Assembly: GCA_036961325.1 (NCBI GenBank)
Contig: JBALVF010000002.1
Location: forward strand, 210,733-274,732
Direction: 5' to 3'
Length of the DNA: 64,000 bases
Source: Cycloclasticus sp.
GTDB lineage: Bacteria; Pseudomonadota; Gammaproteobacteria; Methylococcales; Cycloclasticaceae
The translations under genes and the position numbers were made by a program. The notes under the pieces are model-generated. The model saw only the letters and a program-made list of their open reading frames with translations. It was not told the origin of the DNA and ran no database searches. Position 1 is the stretch's first letter, and each line of letters starts with the position of its first letter. This document shows positions 1 through 9,812 of this stretch, one piece after another.

Positions 1-371
1 ATGCGTACATTGCGAATGCCATTTTATTTATTCTGGTTGGCGTTACGATTACCGTTTCGATGTTTACTGGCCAATGGTTCGCAATGCTTCTAGGTATTAT
101 CGCCGCCACCATCGCAAGAGGACTGGTAGTTTATGGCTTATTACCCGCGTTTACCCTGATCCCCGCAATTGTGAAAATAGATTCAAATTATAAAAATGTC
201 ATGATGTGGGGCGGTTTGCGGGGTGCGGTATCGTTGTCGCTTGCCTTATCAATTCCAACCGAGATCGAAGCTTGGTACACGGTACAGTCAATAGTTTATG
301 GCGTTGTGGTGTTTACGCTGTTCGTCCAAACACCTTTTATAAATAAGTTAGTTGTTAAAACACTTAAATAA
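1..371 (+). CDS. Na+/H+ antiporter, CPA1/NhaP family, 5'-truncated by window edge
   Basis: Frame of ORF 60..371 is open back to position 3 (AYIANAILFILVGVTIT...). Contains the CPA1 motif WGGLRGAVSLSLAL; hydrophobic throughout. Confidence 0.85.
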   Translation, partial: AYIANAILFILVGVTITVSMFTGQWFAMLLGIIAATIARGLVVYGLLPAFTLIPAIVKIDSNYKNVMMWGGLRGAVSLSLALSIPTEIEAWYTVQSIVYGVVVFTLFVQTPFINKLVVKTLK

Positions 372-699
372 AACGCCATTTTACAAAAAATTAATCGTAA
401 CCTGATCAAGAACAAGATCGGCTAAATTATTTGCACGTTTCTTATTCACTGAAGAGGTAGAATTTATTTTCGGTATTGGTGTAAAGGGCAGGCGGGGTGT
501 CATGGCTACGTAGACTGCCTCAAAACAAGCCTGTTAGCGCCAAACTGCCGTGTAGCAAGGTTTAATAACGCTATAAGCACAGAAGATAACGATAGTTGGT
601 TAAGGAGATACCAGCGTAACGCAGAAGAACAGCTATTCAGACGGGTTGATTTTTATATTACACAACCATTAGCTACCTACTGGGCCATAAAGGAAGAAT

Positions 700-2394
700 A
701 TGCAGCAAAGTTTTATCATGATAGGGATGCTAGCAGGCGGTTTAGGCCTGTTCCTGTTAGCAGTTAATATGATTACCGACGGTCTGAGGTTGGCCGCCGG
801 TCAAGCGTTACGCAAGCTGTTATCAAAATGGACTCGCTCACCATTGCGCGGTATTTTAAACGGTTTGTTGATCACGGCCATTGTGCAGTCATCCAGCGCG
901 GTGACGGTGGCGACGATTGGCTTTGTTAATGCCGGACTCATCACTATGCGGCAGGCGCTTGGAGTTGTCTACGGCTCTAATATCGGCACTACGATGACGG
1001 GGTGGCTAGTCGTCTTGATTGGTTTCAAAATTAATGTAGAAGCGTTTGCACTACCCATCATTGGTTTGGGCATGCTATTACGCCTAAGCGGTGGTGATAA
1101 TAAGCGGGCAAATCTGGGACTAGCGTTGGCGGGTTTCGGCCTGTTTTTTATGGGAATAGACGTCCTCAAAGACGCCTTTGATGGCCTGGTATCAACTATT
1201 GATCTGGAGAGATTTACTGTCGATGGGCTAGCAGGTGTGTTGTTCTACGTCGGTATAGGGTTTCTTATGACCGTACTCACTCAATCATCGAGTGCCGCCA
1301 TTGCGATTACCCTAACGGCAGCTTCTGGAGGGGTTTTGGGACTGTATGCGGCGGCGGCGATGGTCATCGGTACCAATTTGGGAACCACTTCAACGGCTGC
1401 TATTGCCGTTATTGGTGCCACCTCCAATGCAAAAAGAGTGGCGTGTGCGCATATTATCTTTAACGCTGGCACGGGCATAATCGCTTTAATGACCTTACCC
1501 GCTTTATTTTGGCTGGTAGAAAGCACCACTGTGTTACTAGGCCTGGAATCTGTGCCCGTTATTACCTTAGCCATGTTCCACACTACCTTTAATATATTGG
1601 GGGTTTTATTAATATTTCCTTTCAATGACCGCCTGGCTAGTTTTCTTGAAGGTCGATTTGTTTCCCAGGAGGAGGCTGAAGGACGCCCCAGATACCTCGA
1701 CAAGACCGTTATCGTTTCGCCAATACTCGCCATTAACGCGCTGGCGCTGGAGTTATCTAGAATAACGACGGTGGTACGGCGAATGGGGCTTGAAGCGCTA
1801 AGTAGTGAATTCATTCAAAGCAAAAATATCAGGATAGACCATATAGTGGCGCATAAACTCTCGGTCGCTGTGTCGGACTTTATTAGCCGCCTGGAAAGAG
1901 GCGAACTGGGTACAGAAGTTTCTGCACAGCTGACTAAAGTACTACGGGCAGAACAACATCTGTTAGCCTGTGGCGATCAGGCGTTATTAATAGCTAAAAC
2001 GCAGGCATCAGTTGAAAAGGTAATGGATGAGAAGTTAATGGCTGAGCTGTTTAACTACCGCGCAGAAGTGGTCAGTCTGATGGAAATATCGAACCCTGAA
2101 AACAGTGATTTTTCATTTGCTGATTGCGAGTTGCAATTAGATCGGGTGCAAAGTGCATACGACGAGGTAAAAGCATCTTTGTTACAAGCGGGGGTAGAAC
2201 GGCGCATAGCCATTTCCACTATGATGGATAATATCGATCAAAATAGTCGTATCCGCCGTATGGCCCGGCAAATGCTAAAAGCTATGCATTATCTCAGTCA
2301 GCTTTCTATGGTCGCGGGGACTGGAGAATCTCAGCTCGCGCTACCATCAGCCGTAGGCGAAGAAGAGCAGGGCGAGGTGATAAGTAAACCTTGA
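700..2394 (+). CDS. Na/Pi cotransporter family protein (NptA-like) with C-terminal PhoU-like helical domain
   Basis: Two repeats of the family motif (VQSSSAVT...GSNIGTT; TQSSSAAI...GTNLGTT); soluble helical C-terminus. Confidence 0.88.
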   Translation: MQQSFIMIGMLAGGLGLFLLAVNMITDGLRLAAGQALRKLLSKWTRSPLRGILNGLLITAIVQSSSAVTVATIGFVNAGLITMRQALGVVYGSNIGTTMTGWLVVLIGFKINVEAFALPIIGLGMLLRLSGGDNKRANLGLALAGFGLFFMGIDVLKDAFDGLVSTIDLERFTVDGLAGVLFYVGIGFLMTVLTQSSSAAIAITLTAASGGVLGLYAAAAMVIGTNLGTTSTAAIAVIGATSNAKRVACAHIIFNAGTGIIALMTLPALFWLVESTTVLLGLESVPVITLAMFHTTFNILGVLLIFPFNDRLASFLEGRFVSQEEAEGRPRYLDKTVIVSPILAINALALELSRITTVVRRMGLEALSSEFIQSKNIRIDHIVAHKLSVAVSDFISRLERGELGTEVSAQLTKVLRAEQHLLACGDQALLIAKTQASVEKVMDEKLMAELFNYRAEVVSLMEISNPENSDFSFADCELQLDRVQSAYDEVKASLLQAGVERRIAISTMMDNIDQNSRIRRMARQMLKAMHYLSQLSMVAGTGESQLALPSAVGEEEQGEVISKP

Positions 2395-2455
2395 GCAAAA
2401 AGAGTGTAGGTGATGTATTTGTTTCACATTAAATAAACATAAAAAGGTAAATATA

Positions 2456-2725
2456 ATGGCTTTGCTGAAAAAGATTGTTCTCGATGTGCTTAAACCTCAT
2501 CAACCCAATGTCCTGGAGCTTTCGCAAGCCCTGGCTGCTGCGGGCAACGATTACCGAGTGCGTTTGACCGTTATCGAGGTGGATGAAAAAACCGAAACGA
2601 TCCAAATAGAGATAGAAGGAAATGCGATTGATTTTGAAGTGGTTAAATCTGTCATTAGTAGCCTGGGCGCTTCATTGCACAGCATCGATGAAGTTGAAGT
2701 TGAGAGTGAAAAAAAGGCCGGATAA
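2456..2725 (+). CDS. DUF211-family small protein
   Basis: LDVLKPHQP...IEIEGNAIDFEVVKSVISSLGASLHSIDEV matches my recollection of DUF211; RBS-like AAAAGG upstream. Confidence 0.8.
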   Translation: MALLKKIVLDVLKPHQPNVLELSQALAAAGNDYRVRLTVIEVDEKTETIQIEIEGNAIDFEVVKSVISSLGASLHSIDEVEVESEKKAG

Positions 2726-2731
2726 ACTGAT

Positions 2732-3313
2732 ATGCGGTTATTAAATCAGGCTAAATTTCTCCTCGATATCACGCGCAGCAATGATATTGCTCGACGTTAC
2801 TTTGTGGTGAACGGCTTTGATGGGGCGCTCACCATGTTGGGGCTCATTATCGGCTTTCTTGTCAGTGAACCGGCAAATTTAACGGTGATTATCAACGTTT
2901 GTCTGGGGGCAGCCATTGCACTGTGCATGAGTGGCTTAAGTAGCGCCTACATCAGCGAGTCTGCAGAACGGCGACGCGTTCAGGCAAAACTGGAACGGGC
3001 AATGATCAGCGATCTCGGGGAAAGTGCGCATGGTTACGCCACACGCTGGGTGCCCGTGTGGATAGCGTTGGTCAATGGCCTGGCACCACTTATTATTTCG
3101 CTATTAATACTGGCTCCATTGTGGCTAGCCGTCGCCGAAGTTCCTTTACCTATACCACCGCTATACGCCGCTATCGCTGTCGCACTGCTGCTGGTTTTTT
3201 TGCTGGGAGTTTTCCTTGGCCGAATTGCAGATGTCTCATGGCTACGCAGTGGTAGCCAGACCCTGCTAGTGGCCGTGGTGACAGCGGTTCTTATTTTTAT
3301 GTTTGCAGGGTAG
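2732..3313 (+). CDS. VIT1/CCC1-like membrane protein (TIGR00267-type)
   Basis: RRYFVVNGFDGALTMLG and SAYISESAER motifs; about 5 TM segments; starts 6 nt after the DUF211 gene. Confidence 0.75.
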   Translation: MRLLNQAKFLLDITRSNDIARRYFVVNGFDGALTMLGLIIGFLVSEPANLTVIINVCLGAAIALCMSGLSSAYISESAERRRVQAKLERAMISDLGESAHGYATRWVPVWIALVNGLAPLIISLLILAPLWLAVAEVPLPIPPLYAAIAVALLLVFLLGVFLGRIADVSWLRSGSQTLLVAVVTAVLIFMFAG

Positions 3314-3317
3314 TAAT

Positions 3318-5954
3318 ATGACGCAACCTGCCTGGCACAATATTGAAACTAATGAAGTAGTACAACGTCTCGAGTCTTCTTTAAGCGGTTTAACGAAAGA
3401 AGAAGCGCAAAAACGTCTGGCTGCACATGGCCCGAACGCCCTTCCTGAAAAACAGGCCCGATCACTGTTAACTATGGTGTATGGGCAGTTCACCGATTTT
3501 ATGATCGTGGTACTGCTGATAGCCGCGCTGATTTCCGGCTTTATTGGTGAACCGCAGGATACCATCGCCATTTTAGTCATCGTCCTGCTCAACGCGATTA
3601 TTGGCGTGGTGCAGGAATTTAGGGCGGAACGCGCGATGGCGGCTTTGCGTAAAATGGCAGCGCCGGAGGCTCTAGTGTTGCGCGACGGTCATGCGATCAC
3701 GCTGTCGGCGACCGATTTGGTACCGGGTGATGTGGTTATGCTGGTTGCCGGTGATATTGTGCCCGCCGATCTGCGAATGCTGGAAGTGGAAGAAATGCAG
3801 GCAGACGAGTCAACCCTGACCGGTGAATCGCACCCGGTTGAAAAACTATCGTCTTGTTTAGCAGAAGCCGACTTGCCCATCGGCGATCGTCAAAACCTTG
3901 CCTTTAAGAACAGCCTGATCACCCGTGGGCAGGGTAAGGGAATAGTTGTTGCGACGGCTCATGAAACAGAAATTGGCCGTATTGCAGAGCTACTACGAGG
4001 TGAGGAACGGGTAAAGACACCACTGCAGAAACGACTAACACGCTTTGGTCGCTACCTTGCTTTGGCTGTGCTGGCCATTTGTGTGGTGGTGTTTAGCGCC
4101 GGATTGTTACAAGGTCAGCCAGTGATGTTGATGTTTCTTACGGCTGTAAGCCTGGCGGTTGCGGCAATACCCGAAGCGCTGCCAGCGGTAGTGACGATCT
4201 CGCTAGCCCTCGGCGCACGCAAGTTAATAAAGCATCATGCGCTGGTGCGTAATTTGCCCGCGGTAGAAACCCTTGGCTCGGTGACGTATATCTGTGCCGA
4301 CAAGACGGGCACCTTGACACAAAACAGCATGACCGTAGAGTTGTTTTTTGCCGCTGGTGAAGGGCATGAATCATTACCTGCTCTTGATAGCGACGAACCT
4401 TGGGCCGAGCTGGGTCAAGCTATGGCCTTGAATAACGATGTAGCGGAAAAGGATGCTAAAGCTGCTGGTGAACCGACAGAACTGGCTTTGTTTGAGGCCG
4501 CACTTAATGCCGGTTTTGACAAGACAGCACTTGAACAGCTGAAACCTAGATTGGCTGTTATCCCATTTGATAGCCAACGTAAACAGATGATGACCTTTCA
4601 TCAAGCAAAACAGTCGTCTGAAGAGGTGGTCGCGTACGTCAAAGGGGCACCCGAAAAAGTGCTGGCTCAGTGTGTTAATACGGTAAGTAATGGCGTGTCG
4701 CAGGCCTTTGAACCAGCAGCGGTATTGGCAGAAGCAGAACGCTTAGCGAACGAGGGTTATCGTGTACTGGCCTTTGCAAAGCGTGAGTATTCTGCGTTAC
4801 CAACAGCGATTGAAGCTGAAACGGCCTTGCAGAATTTGACGTTTCTCGGGCTGGTAGCTCTGATTGACCCGCCACGAGCCGAAGTGCCGCAGGCGGTGGC
4901 AGATTGTCTGACAGCGGGTATCACGCCGGTGATGATTACCGGTGACCATCCCGGCACTGCCATGGCCATCGCCCGTCGTCTTGGTATCGTTGATGATGAT
5001 CATGCAAAGATATTAATTGGCCAGGAGTTGTCAGATTTATCGGATGAAGACTTTTCCAGTATTGTCGAATCGGTACGCGTGTATGCGCGGGTAACGCCGG
5101 AACAGAAATTACGCATCGTTAAGGCCTTGCAGGAAAAGGATCAGTTTGTCGCCATGACGGGTGATGGTGTTAATGATGCGCCAGCATTGAAACGGGCGGG
5201 TATTGGCATAGCGATGGGGCTAAAAGGCACCGACGTGGCGCGTGAGGCCGCGGACATGGTGTTGCTTGATGACGACTTTACCTCCATCGTGCGTACTGTT
5301 CGCGCTGGTCGCCGGATCTTCGACAATATTCGCAAGTTCATCAACTACACCATGAGTTCCAACTCAGGTGAGATTTGGACGCTGCTACTTGCCCCATTTC
5401 TTGGCCTACCGATACCTTTGTTACCTATTCATATTTTGTGGATCAATCTTGTCACCGATGGTTTACCCGGGCTGGCTTTAACCGCAGAACAGGCAGAGCC
5501 AAACATTATGCGCCGTAAACCCAGGCCTACGAATGACAATATTTTCGCTCATGGTATGTGGCAACACATTGTCTGGGTGGGGCTATTTATCGCGGGTCTT
5601 TCTCTGGCTGCTATGGCGTGGGCTATTTCTCGTGAGGCCGCCCATTGGCAGACGATGGTGTTTACCGTACTGACCGTTTCACAGTTATTTAACTCCTTAT
5701 CCGTCAGAAGCGAGAGTGAATCACTATTTCGTATCGGCCTTTTCAGTAATCTGCCGTTATTAGCTGCGTTTATGCTAACGCTACTACTGCAGATGGCGGT
5801 GATCTATACCCCCGCATTAAACGTTATTTTTCATACCCAGCCTCTGCCGATGTTCGACCTTGCGGTCTGCATGGCGCTGTCTTCACTGGTTTTATTCGCG
5901 GTTGAGATTGAAAAGTGGCTGGTACGACGTGGTGTTTTATATAGCAATGCATAA
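3318..5954 (+). CDS. Cation-transporting P-type ATPase (P2A, Ca2+-type)
   Basis: TGES, PEALP, DKTGTLT, MITGDH, GDGVNDAPAL motifs. ATG at 3318 preferred over TTG at 3303. Confidence 0.93.
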   Translation: MTQPAWHNIETNEVVQRLESSLSGLTKEEAQKRLAAHGPNALPEKQARSLLTMVYGQFTDFMIVVLLIAALISGFIGEPQDTIAILVIVLLNAIIGVVQEFRAERAMAALRKMAAPEALVLRDGHAITLSATDLVPGDVVMLVAGDIVPADLRMLEVEEMQADESTLTGESHPVEKLSSCLAEADLPIGDRQNLAFKNSLITRGQGKGIVVATAHETEIGRIAELLRGEERVKTPLQKRLTRFGRYLALAVLAICVVVFSAGLLQGQPVMLMFLTAVSLAVAAIPEALPAVVTISLALGARKLIKHHALVRNLPAVETLGSVTYICADKTGTLTQNSMTVELFFAAGEGHESLPALDSDEPWAELGQAMALNNDVAEKDAKAAGEPTELALFEAALNAGFDKTALEQLKPRLAVIPFDSQRKQMMTFHQAKQSSEEVVAYVKGAPEKVLAQCVNTVSNGVSQAFEPAAVLAEAERLANEGYRVLAFAKREYSALPTAIEAETALQNLTFLGLVALIDPPRAEVPQAVADCLTAGITPVMITGDHPGTAMAIARRLGIVDDDHAKILIGQELSDLSDEDFSSIVESVRVYARVTPEQKLRIVKALQEKDQFVAMTGDGVNDAPALKRAGIGIAMGLKGTDVAREAADMVLLDDDFTSIVRTVRAGRRIFDNIRKFINYTMSSNSGEIWTLLLAPFLGLPIPLLPIHILWINLVTDGLPGLALTAEQAEPNIMRRKPRPTNDNIFAHGMWQHIVWVGLFIAGLSLAAMAWAISREAAHWQTMVFTVLTVSQLFNSLSVRSESESLFRIGLFSNLPLLAAFMLTLLLQMAVIYTPALNVIFHTQPLPMFDLAVCMALSSLVLFAVEIEKWLVRRGVLYSNA

Positions 5955-6004
5955 CGCTGCTAAGTTGGGGGCGTCGATTTTAATTTTAATCAGGGAGATA
6001 TATT

Positions 6005-7405
6005 TTGGCTAAATTAACGTTTTATGGTGCAACAGAAGGTGTAACCGGTTCTTCCTATATTTTAGAGACGGGTGGTAAAACAATATTATTGGATTGCGGT
6101 CTTTTTCAAGGTGGGCGTGAAGCAGAAAAGTCGAATAAAGATCCGTTTCAATTTGACGTGAGCAAGATCGATGCGGTGGTTTTATCGCACGCACATTTGG
6201 ATCATTCTGGACGTTTGCCTAAATTGGTCGCCGAGGGTTATCAACGGTCTTTATATATGACAGATCCTAGCTGCGAGCTATTAGAAATTATGCTGAAAGA
6301 CGCGGCGTTTCTACAACAGCGCGATACAGAATGGGAAAATAAGCGCAGGCGTCGGCAAGGCAAAGATGAGATTGAAGCCATCTATACGATTGAAGACGTT
6401 GAAGCAACATTGGCACTGTGTGACGGTACTGCTTACGGCGTTCGTCGTGAAATACTGGAAGGCGTTGAGGTCTGTTTTCGAGACGCCGGGCATATCCTGG
6501 GTTCGTCCATCGTCGAATTATTTATCAATGAGAATGGCACAGAAAAAAAACTGGTGTTTTCTGGCGACCTTGGTAATAGCTGTGCGGCCTTATTGCGTGA
6601 CCCAGAAATAGTTGATAAGGCAGATGTGCTCATGCTGGAGTCGACCTATGGCGATCGTAACCACCGCCCGATGGATGAAACCCTGGACGAGTTTGCAAGC
6701 ATCATTACTGAAGCCTCAAAAAATGGCGGTAATATTTTGATCCCGTCTTTTGCCGTCGGTCGAACACAGGAAATTATCTTTCGTCTGGGTGAGCTTTATC
6801 AAAAAGGGTTGTTACGACACCAAGCCGTTTATCTGGATAGCCCAATGGCTATCGCCGTGACCGAGGTCTATCACCGTTACCAAAATTTTTATAATAAAGA
6901 AGATGCATCGACGATGCGGAAGGGCGCAAAAATGAGTTTACATTCCTTTCTACCGATACTGCGATATACCCCCTCAACAGAAGAGTCGATGGCGTTGAAT
7001 AATATAGAAGCAGGCGCAATTATTATTGCGGGCAGTGGAATGTGTACGGGAGGCCGTATACGCCATCATTTCAAGCATAATATATGGAAAAGGAAGGCAC
7101 ACGTAGTGATCGTCGGTTATCAAGCGGTTGGCACGCCTGGACGCTCTTTAGTAGATGGTGCGAAAACGTTTCGTCACGGTGGTGATGACATTGCTGTACA
7201 GGCTACTATTCATACCTTAGGCGGGTTTTCTGCCCACGCCAGCCAGTCGCAACTGGTCGACTGGATCAGTCACTTCAAAACACCACACCCAAGGTTATAT
7301 CTAGTCCATGGCGAAACGGAGACCAAATCAACTTTCCAAAAACACCTGGCAGGGGTTGGCTGGTCAGCCGAAATACCGCATGAAGGTGAAAGTATTACGT
7401 TTTAA
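6005..7405 (+). CDS. MBL-fold beta-CASP RNA-metabolising metallo-hydrolase
   Basis: HAHLDH, AGHILGS, FSGDLG, ESTYGDR, AVGRTQE, GFSAHA, VHGE motifs; GGAG RBS before TTG start. Confidence 0.92.
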   Translation: MAKLTFYGATEGVTGSSYILETGGKTILLDCGLFQGGREAEKSNKDPFQFDVSKIDAVVLSHAHLDHSGRLPKLVAEGYQRSLYMTDPSCELLEIMLKDAAFLQQRDTEWENKRRRRQGKDEIEAIYTIEDVEATLALCDGTAYGVRREILEGVEVCFRDAGHILGSSIVELFINENGTEKKLVFSGDLGNSCAALLRDPEIVDKADVLMLESTYGDRNHRPMDETLDEFASIITEASKNGGNILIPSFAVGRTQEIIFRLGELYQKGLLRHQAVYLDSPMAIAVTEVYHRYQNFYNKEDASTMRKGAKMSLHSFLPILRYTPSTEESMALNNIEAGAIIIAGSGMCTGGRIRHHFKHNIWKRKAHVVIVGYQAVGTPGRSLVDGAKTFRHGGDDIAVQATIHTLGGFSAHASQSQLVDWISHFKTPHPRLYLVHGETETKSTFQKHLAGVGWSAEIPHEGESITF

Positions 7406-7465
7406 ATATAAAGCTCTATGGCTTTTACTTTAGACTGGTTTAGAAGGGTGGGGGAGTAGTTCCTT
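6900..7465 (+). repeat. Direct repeat copy 1 (MBL 3' third plus 60 nt downstream)
   Basis: Aligns gap-free to 23575..24140 at an offset of 16675 bp; about 34 mismatches in 566 nt by hand count. Confidence 0.95.
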
Positions 7466-7482
7466 CTAATAACTTGTTAGGC
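7464..7482 (+). other. attI-like integron recombination site (copy 1, upstream part deleted)
   Basis: TTCTAAT-AACTT-GTTAGGC fits L box / 5-nt spacer / R box. GTTAGGC is the exact complement of the next attC R'' (GCCTAAC). Confidence 0.7.
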
Positions 7483-7505
7483 GCAAATTAAAAGGTAACA
7501 ATCTT

Positions 7506-8384
7506 ATGTTCATAGTTAGAAATATTCTGGTGATATTAATCATTATGTTTTCAGGTAGTAATATTAATTTGTATGCTCAGGAAATAATTGATAGTGGTGA
7601 TGAAAAAATCAACAAACCATTATATAAGCCTTTTATAGAAAGATACGTTCTCGATGAGCTAAAACAATTACGTCAGGATCAATCAAATCTACGAGTAGAA
7701 GTTACCGAGAAAGTTGCAAATGCAAAGTTAGATTCGTCTGATAGAGTTATTAGATATACCGCTGATACAACAAATATCATTTTTTATATAATAACTGCGG
7801 CGGCTTCTATCATAGTTTTTCTAGGATGGAACTCATTGCGAGATATAAAAGACAAAATAGAATTTATTACGACTGAAAAATTGTCAGTTCTTACTCAGGA
7901 ATACGAAAATAGGTTAGATGAATTAGAGAATAAGCTGAAGAATCGTTCAGAACAAATAATAGCGACACAAGAGGAAGTGTCAAATTCAAACACAATACAT
8001 TCTTTGTGGATGCGAGCAGGACTAGAAAAAAGCGATCAAGAGAAGCTCAATATATATGATCATATATTAGAGATTAATCCTGATGATACGGAGGCACTAA
8101 CGTATAAGGCTGATGTTTTATTGGATTTGGGTGAAATAAAATGGGCTCTGTCATTATCAAACCAAGCGATAGAAAATGATAGTAATTATGCTTTAGCCTA
8201 TTGGCAGAGAGCTTGTGCTAAAGCGATGCTAGAGCAAGAAAGCGAAGCCTTAGAAGACATAAAAATGGCTATTAAACTTACTGATACCCTAAAAGATGAA
8301 ATAGCCGATGAAATTTATTTTGAGAGACTGAAATCTAATCATGAGTTTCTTGCTTTAATGGAAGAAATGGATTCTACGACTTAA
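7506..8384 (+). CDS. Membrane-anchored TPR-repeat protein (cassette)
   Basis: N-terminal hydrophobic segment, second TM, coiled coil, then TPR-like repeats (ALTYKADVLLDLGE, ALAYWQRACAKA); AT-rich. Confidence 0.75.
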   Translation: MFIVRNILVILIIMFSGSNINLYAQEIIDSGDEKINKPLYKPFIERYVLDELKQLRQDQSNLRVEVTEKVANAKLDSSDRVIRYTADTTNIIFYIITAAASIIVFLGWNSLRDIKDKIEFITTEKLSVLTQEYENRLDELENKLKNRSEQIIATQEEVSNSNTIHSLWMRAGLEKSDQEKLNIYDHILEINPDDTEALTYKADVLLDLGEIKWALSLSNQAIENDSNYALAYWQRACAKAMLEQESEALEDIKMAIKLTDTLKDEIADEIYFERLKSNHEFLALMEEMDSTT

Positions 8385-8435
8385 CATTATAATGTAGATG
8401 AATCGTTATTATTTTGTGCTTTTCAATTCAATAAG

Positions 8436-8522
8436 GCCTAACAAAGCGGTCAAGTTCGCATGTGCAAAAAGCGCATATGCTTGGACTCCGCTTACGCTTC
8501 GCCACTTACCTCGGCGTTATGC
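8436..8522 (+). other. attC site
   Basis: R'' GCCTAAC; L'' GGT(C)AAGT pairs with L' ACTTACC leaving one extrahelical base; R' GTTATGC; 87 bp imperfect palindrome. Confidence 0.9.
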
Positions 8523-8533
8523 AAAGAAAATAA

Positions 8534-9727
8534 TTGAAAAATATAAGTGCGACACTTAACATGGAATCAACGTCTCAACTTCTTATAGCGCTTGGTGGAA
8601 TTCTTCTATTGGGCCTGGTGATGTCCGCTCTCGGTCAACGGACATTGCTACCTCGAGTAACGCTGCTGTTAATTTTAGGCGTGGTCATAGGCAAGGAAAT
8701 GCTGGATATCATTCCGCTTATATTTTCCGAGTTGTTTGATATTATTGCTGTTATAGCACTACTGATGGTCGGATTTCTGTTAGGAGGAAGGCTCACCATT
8801 GATTCCCTACGGCAGTCCGTGGGCAAGGTTATGTGGATCTCCATAAGTGCAGCAATAATCACTACCCTTATTGTCAGCTTGGGGCTTGTGTGGGTCGGCG
8901 TATCGAAAGAGATTGCGATTCTGTTAGGTTGTATCGCCTCAGCCACCGCCCCAGCGGCAGTTCTGGATGTTGTTACGGAATCCAATTACAAAGGGCCATT
9001 CAAGGATTTGCTGCTTTCTATCGTTACACTTGATGACGCTTGGGCGTTGATGCTGTTTGGAATAGGTGTTGCCGTGGTTACGTCCTTAAATAGTCATGGA
9101 ATAGATGCCTCATCGATCCTGATGGCTCTTAGAGATATTGGCGGGGCTATAATTTTAGGTTTGTTGATTGGGTTTCCTGCCTCTTATTTAACGGGACGGC
9201 TTAAACCAGGGCAACCCATTTTGTCTGAAGCGCTGGGGCTTGTATTTGTCTGTGGCGGATTGGCCATCTGGTTTGATGTATCTTTTTTAATTGCTTCCAT
9301 GGTGCTCGGGGCGGTAATCACAAATTTTGCCAAACATCATGAGTATCCATTTCATGCTATTGAGGGTATTGACTGGCCGTTCATGGTGATCTTTTTCGTC
9401 CTGGCAGGGGCATCGCTTGAATTCAAGGCAGTAGCTGAGGTTGGTTTGGTCGGGACAGTGTATATTCTTGGCCGAATAGCAGGAAAACTCCTTGGGGCTA
9501 GAATTGGTAGTCAAATGAGCAGCGCAGATCAACAGACAAAAAGCTGGATGGGTGTTGCCTTATTGCCCCAGGCGGGTGTTGCTATTGGTATGGCGCTCGT
9601 AGCTTCAAACTATTTCCCTGAATATCGGCAAACATTGTTATCGGTGGTTATCAGCTCTACTATATTTTTTGAAATAATTGGTCCGGTATTTACTCGCATG
9701 GCTTTAAAGCGAGCACATAAAGCTTAA
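8534..9727 (+). CDS. Cation:proton antiporter (CPA superfamily; cassette)
   Basis: About 12 TM segments; ASATAPAAV, VTLDDAW, LLPQAGVAIGMAL motifs. Alternative ATG at 8561. Confidence 0.85.
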   Translation: MKNISATLNMESTSQLLIALGGILLLGLVMSALGQRTLLPRVTLLLILGVVIGKEMLDIIPLIFSELFDIIAVIALLMVGFLLGGRLTIDSLRQSVGKVMWISISAAIITTLIVSLGLVWVGVSKEIAILLGCIASATAPAAVLDVVTESNYKGPFKDLLLSIVTLDDAWALMLFGIGVAVVTSLNSHGIDASSILMALRDIGGAIILGLLIGFPASYLTGRLKPGQPILSEALGLVFVCGGLAIWFDVSFLIASMVLGAVITNFAKHHEYPFHAIEGIDWPFMVIFFVLAGASLEFKAVAEVGLVGTVYILGRIAGKLLGARIGSQMSSADQQTKSWMGVALLPQAGVAIGMALVASNYFPEYRQTLLSVVISSTIFFEIIGPVFTRMALKRAHKA

Positions 9728-9778
9728 CAAGAAACTCCAGCCGACACGAAAAACGTGCAGCTAAATATATCGTTAGGC
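9722..9778 (+). other. attC site (short, L-box pairing degenerate)
   Basis: R'' GCTTAAC contains the upstream gene's stop codon; central CACG-AAAAA-CGTG hairpin; R' GTTAGGC; 57 bp. Confidence 0.75.
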
Positions 9779-9812
9779 ACACGCTCAAATCTGTTTTATT
9801 TTGGGGAATGGC

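Noticed and set aside
511-649. Possible degenerate MITE upstream of the Na/Pi cotransporter
   Set aside because: The candidate terminal inverted repeats match at only about 8 of 15 positions, and there is no second copy in the window.
5949-5975. GCATAAC overlapping the P-type ATPase stop as an attC left end
   Set aside because: No right arm, no GTT core downstream and no matching core upstream; chance or too decayed to support.
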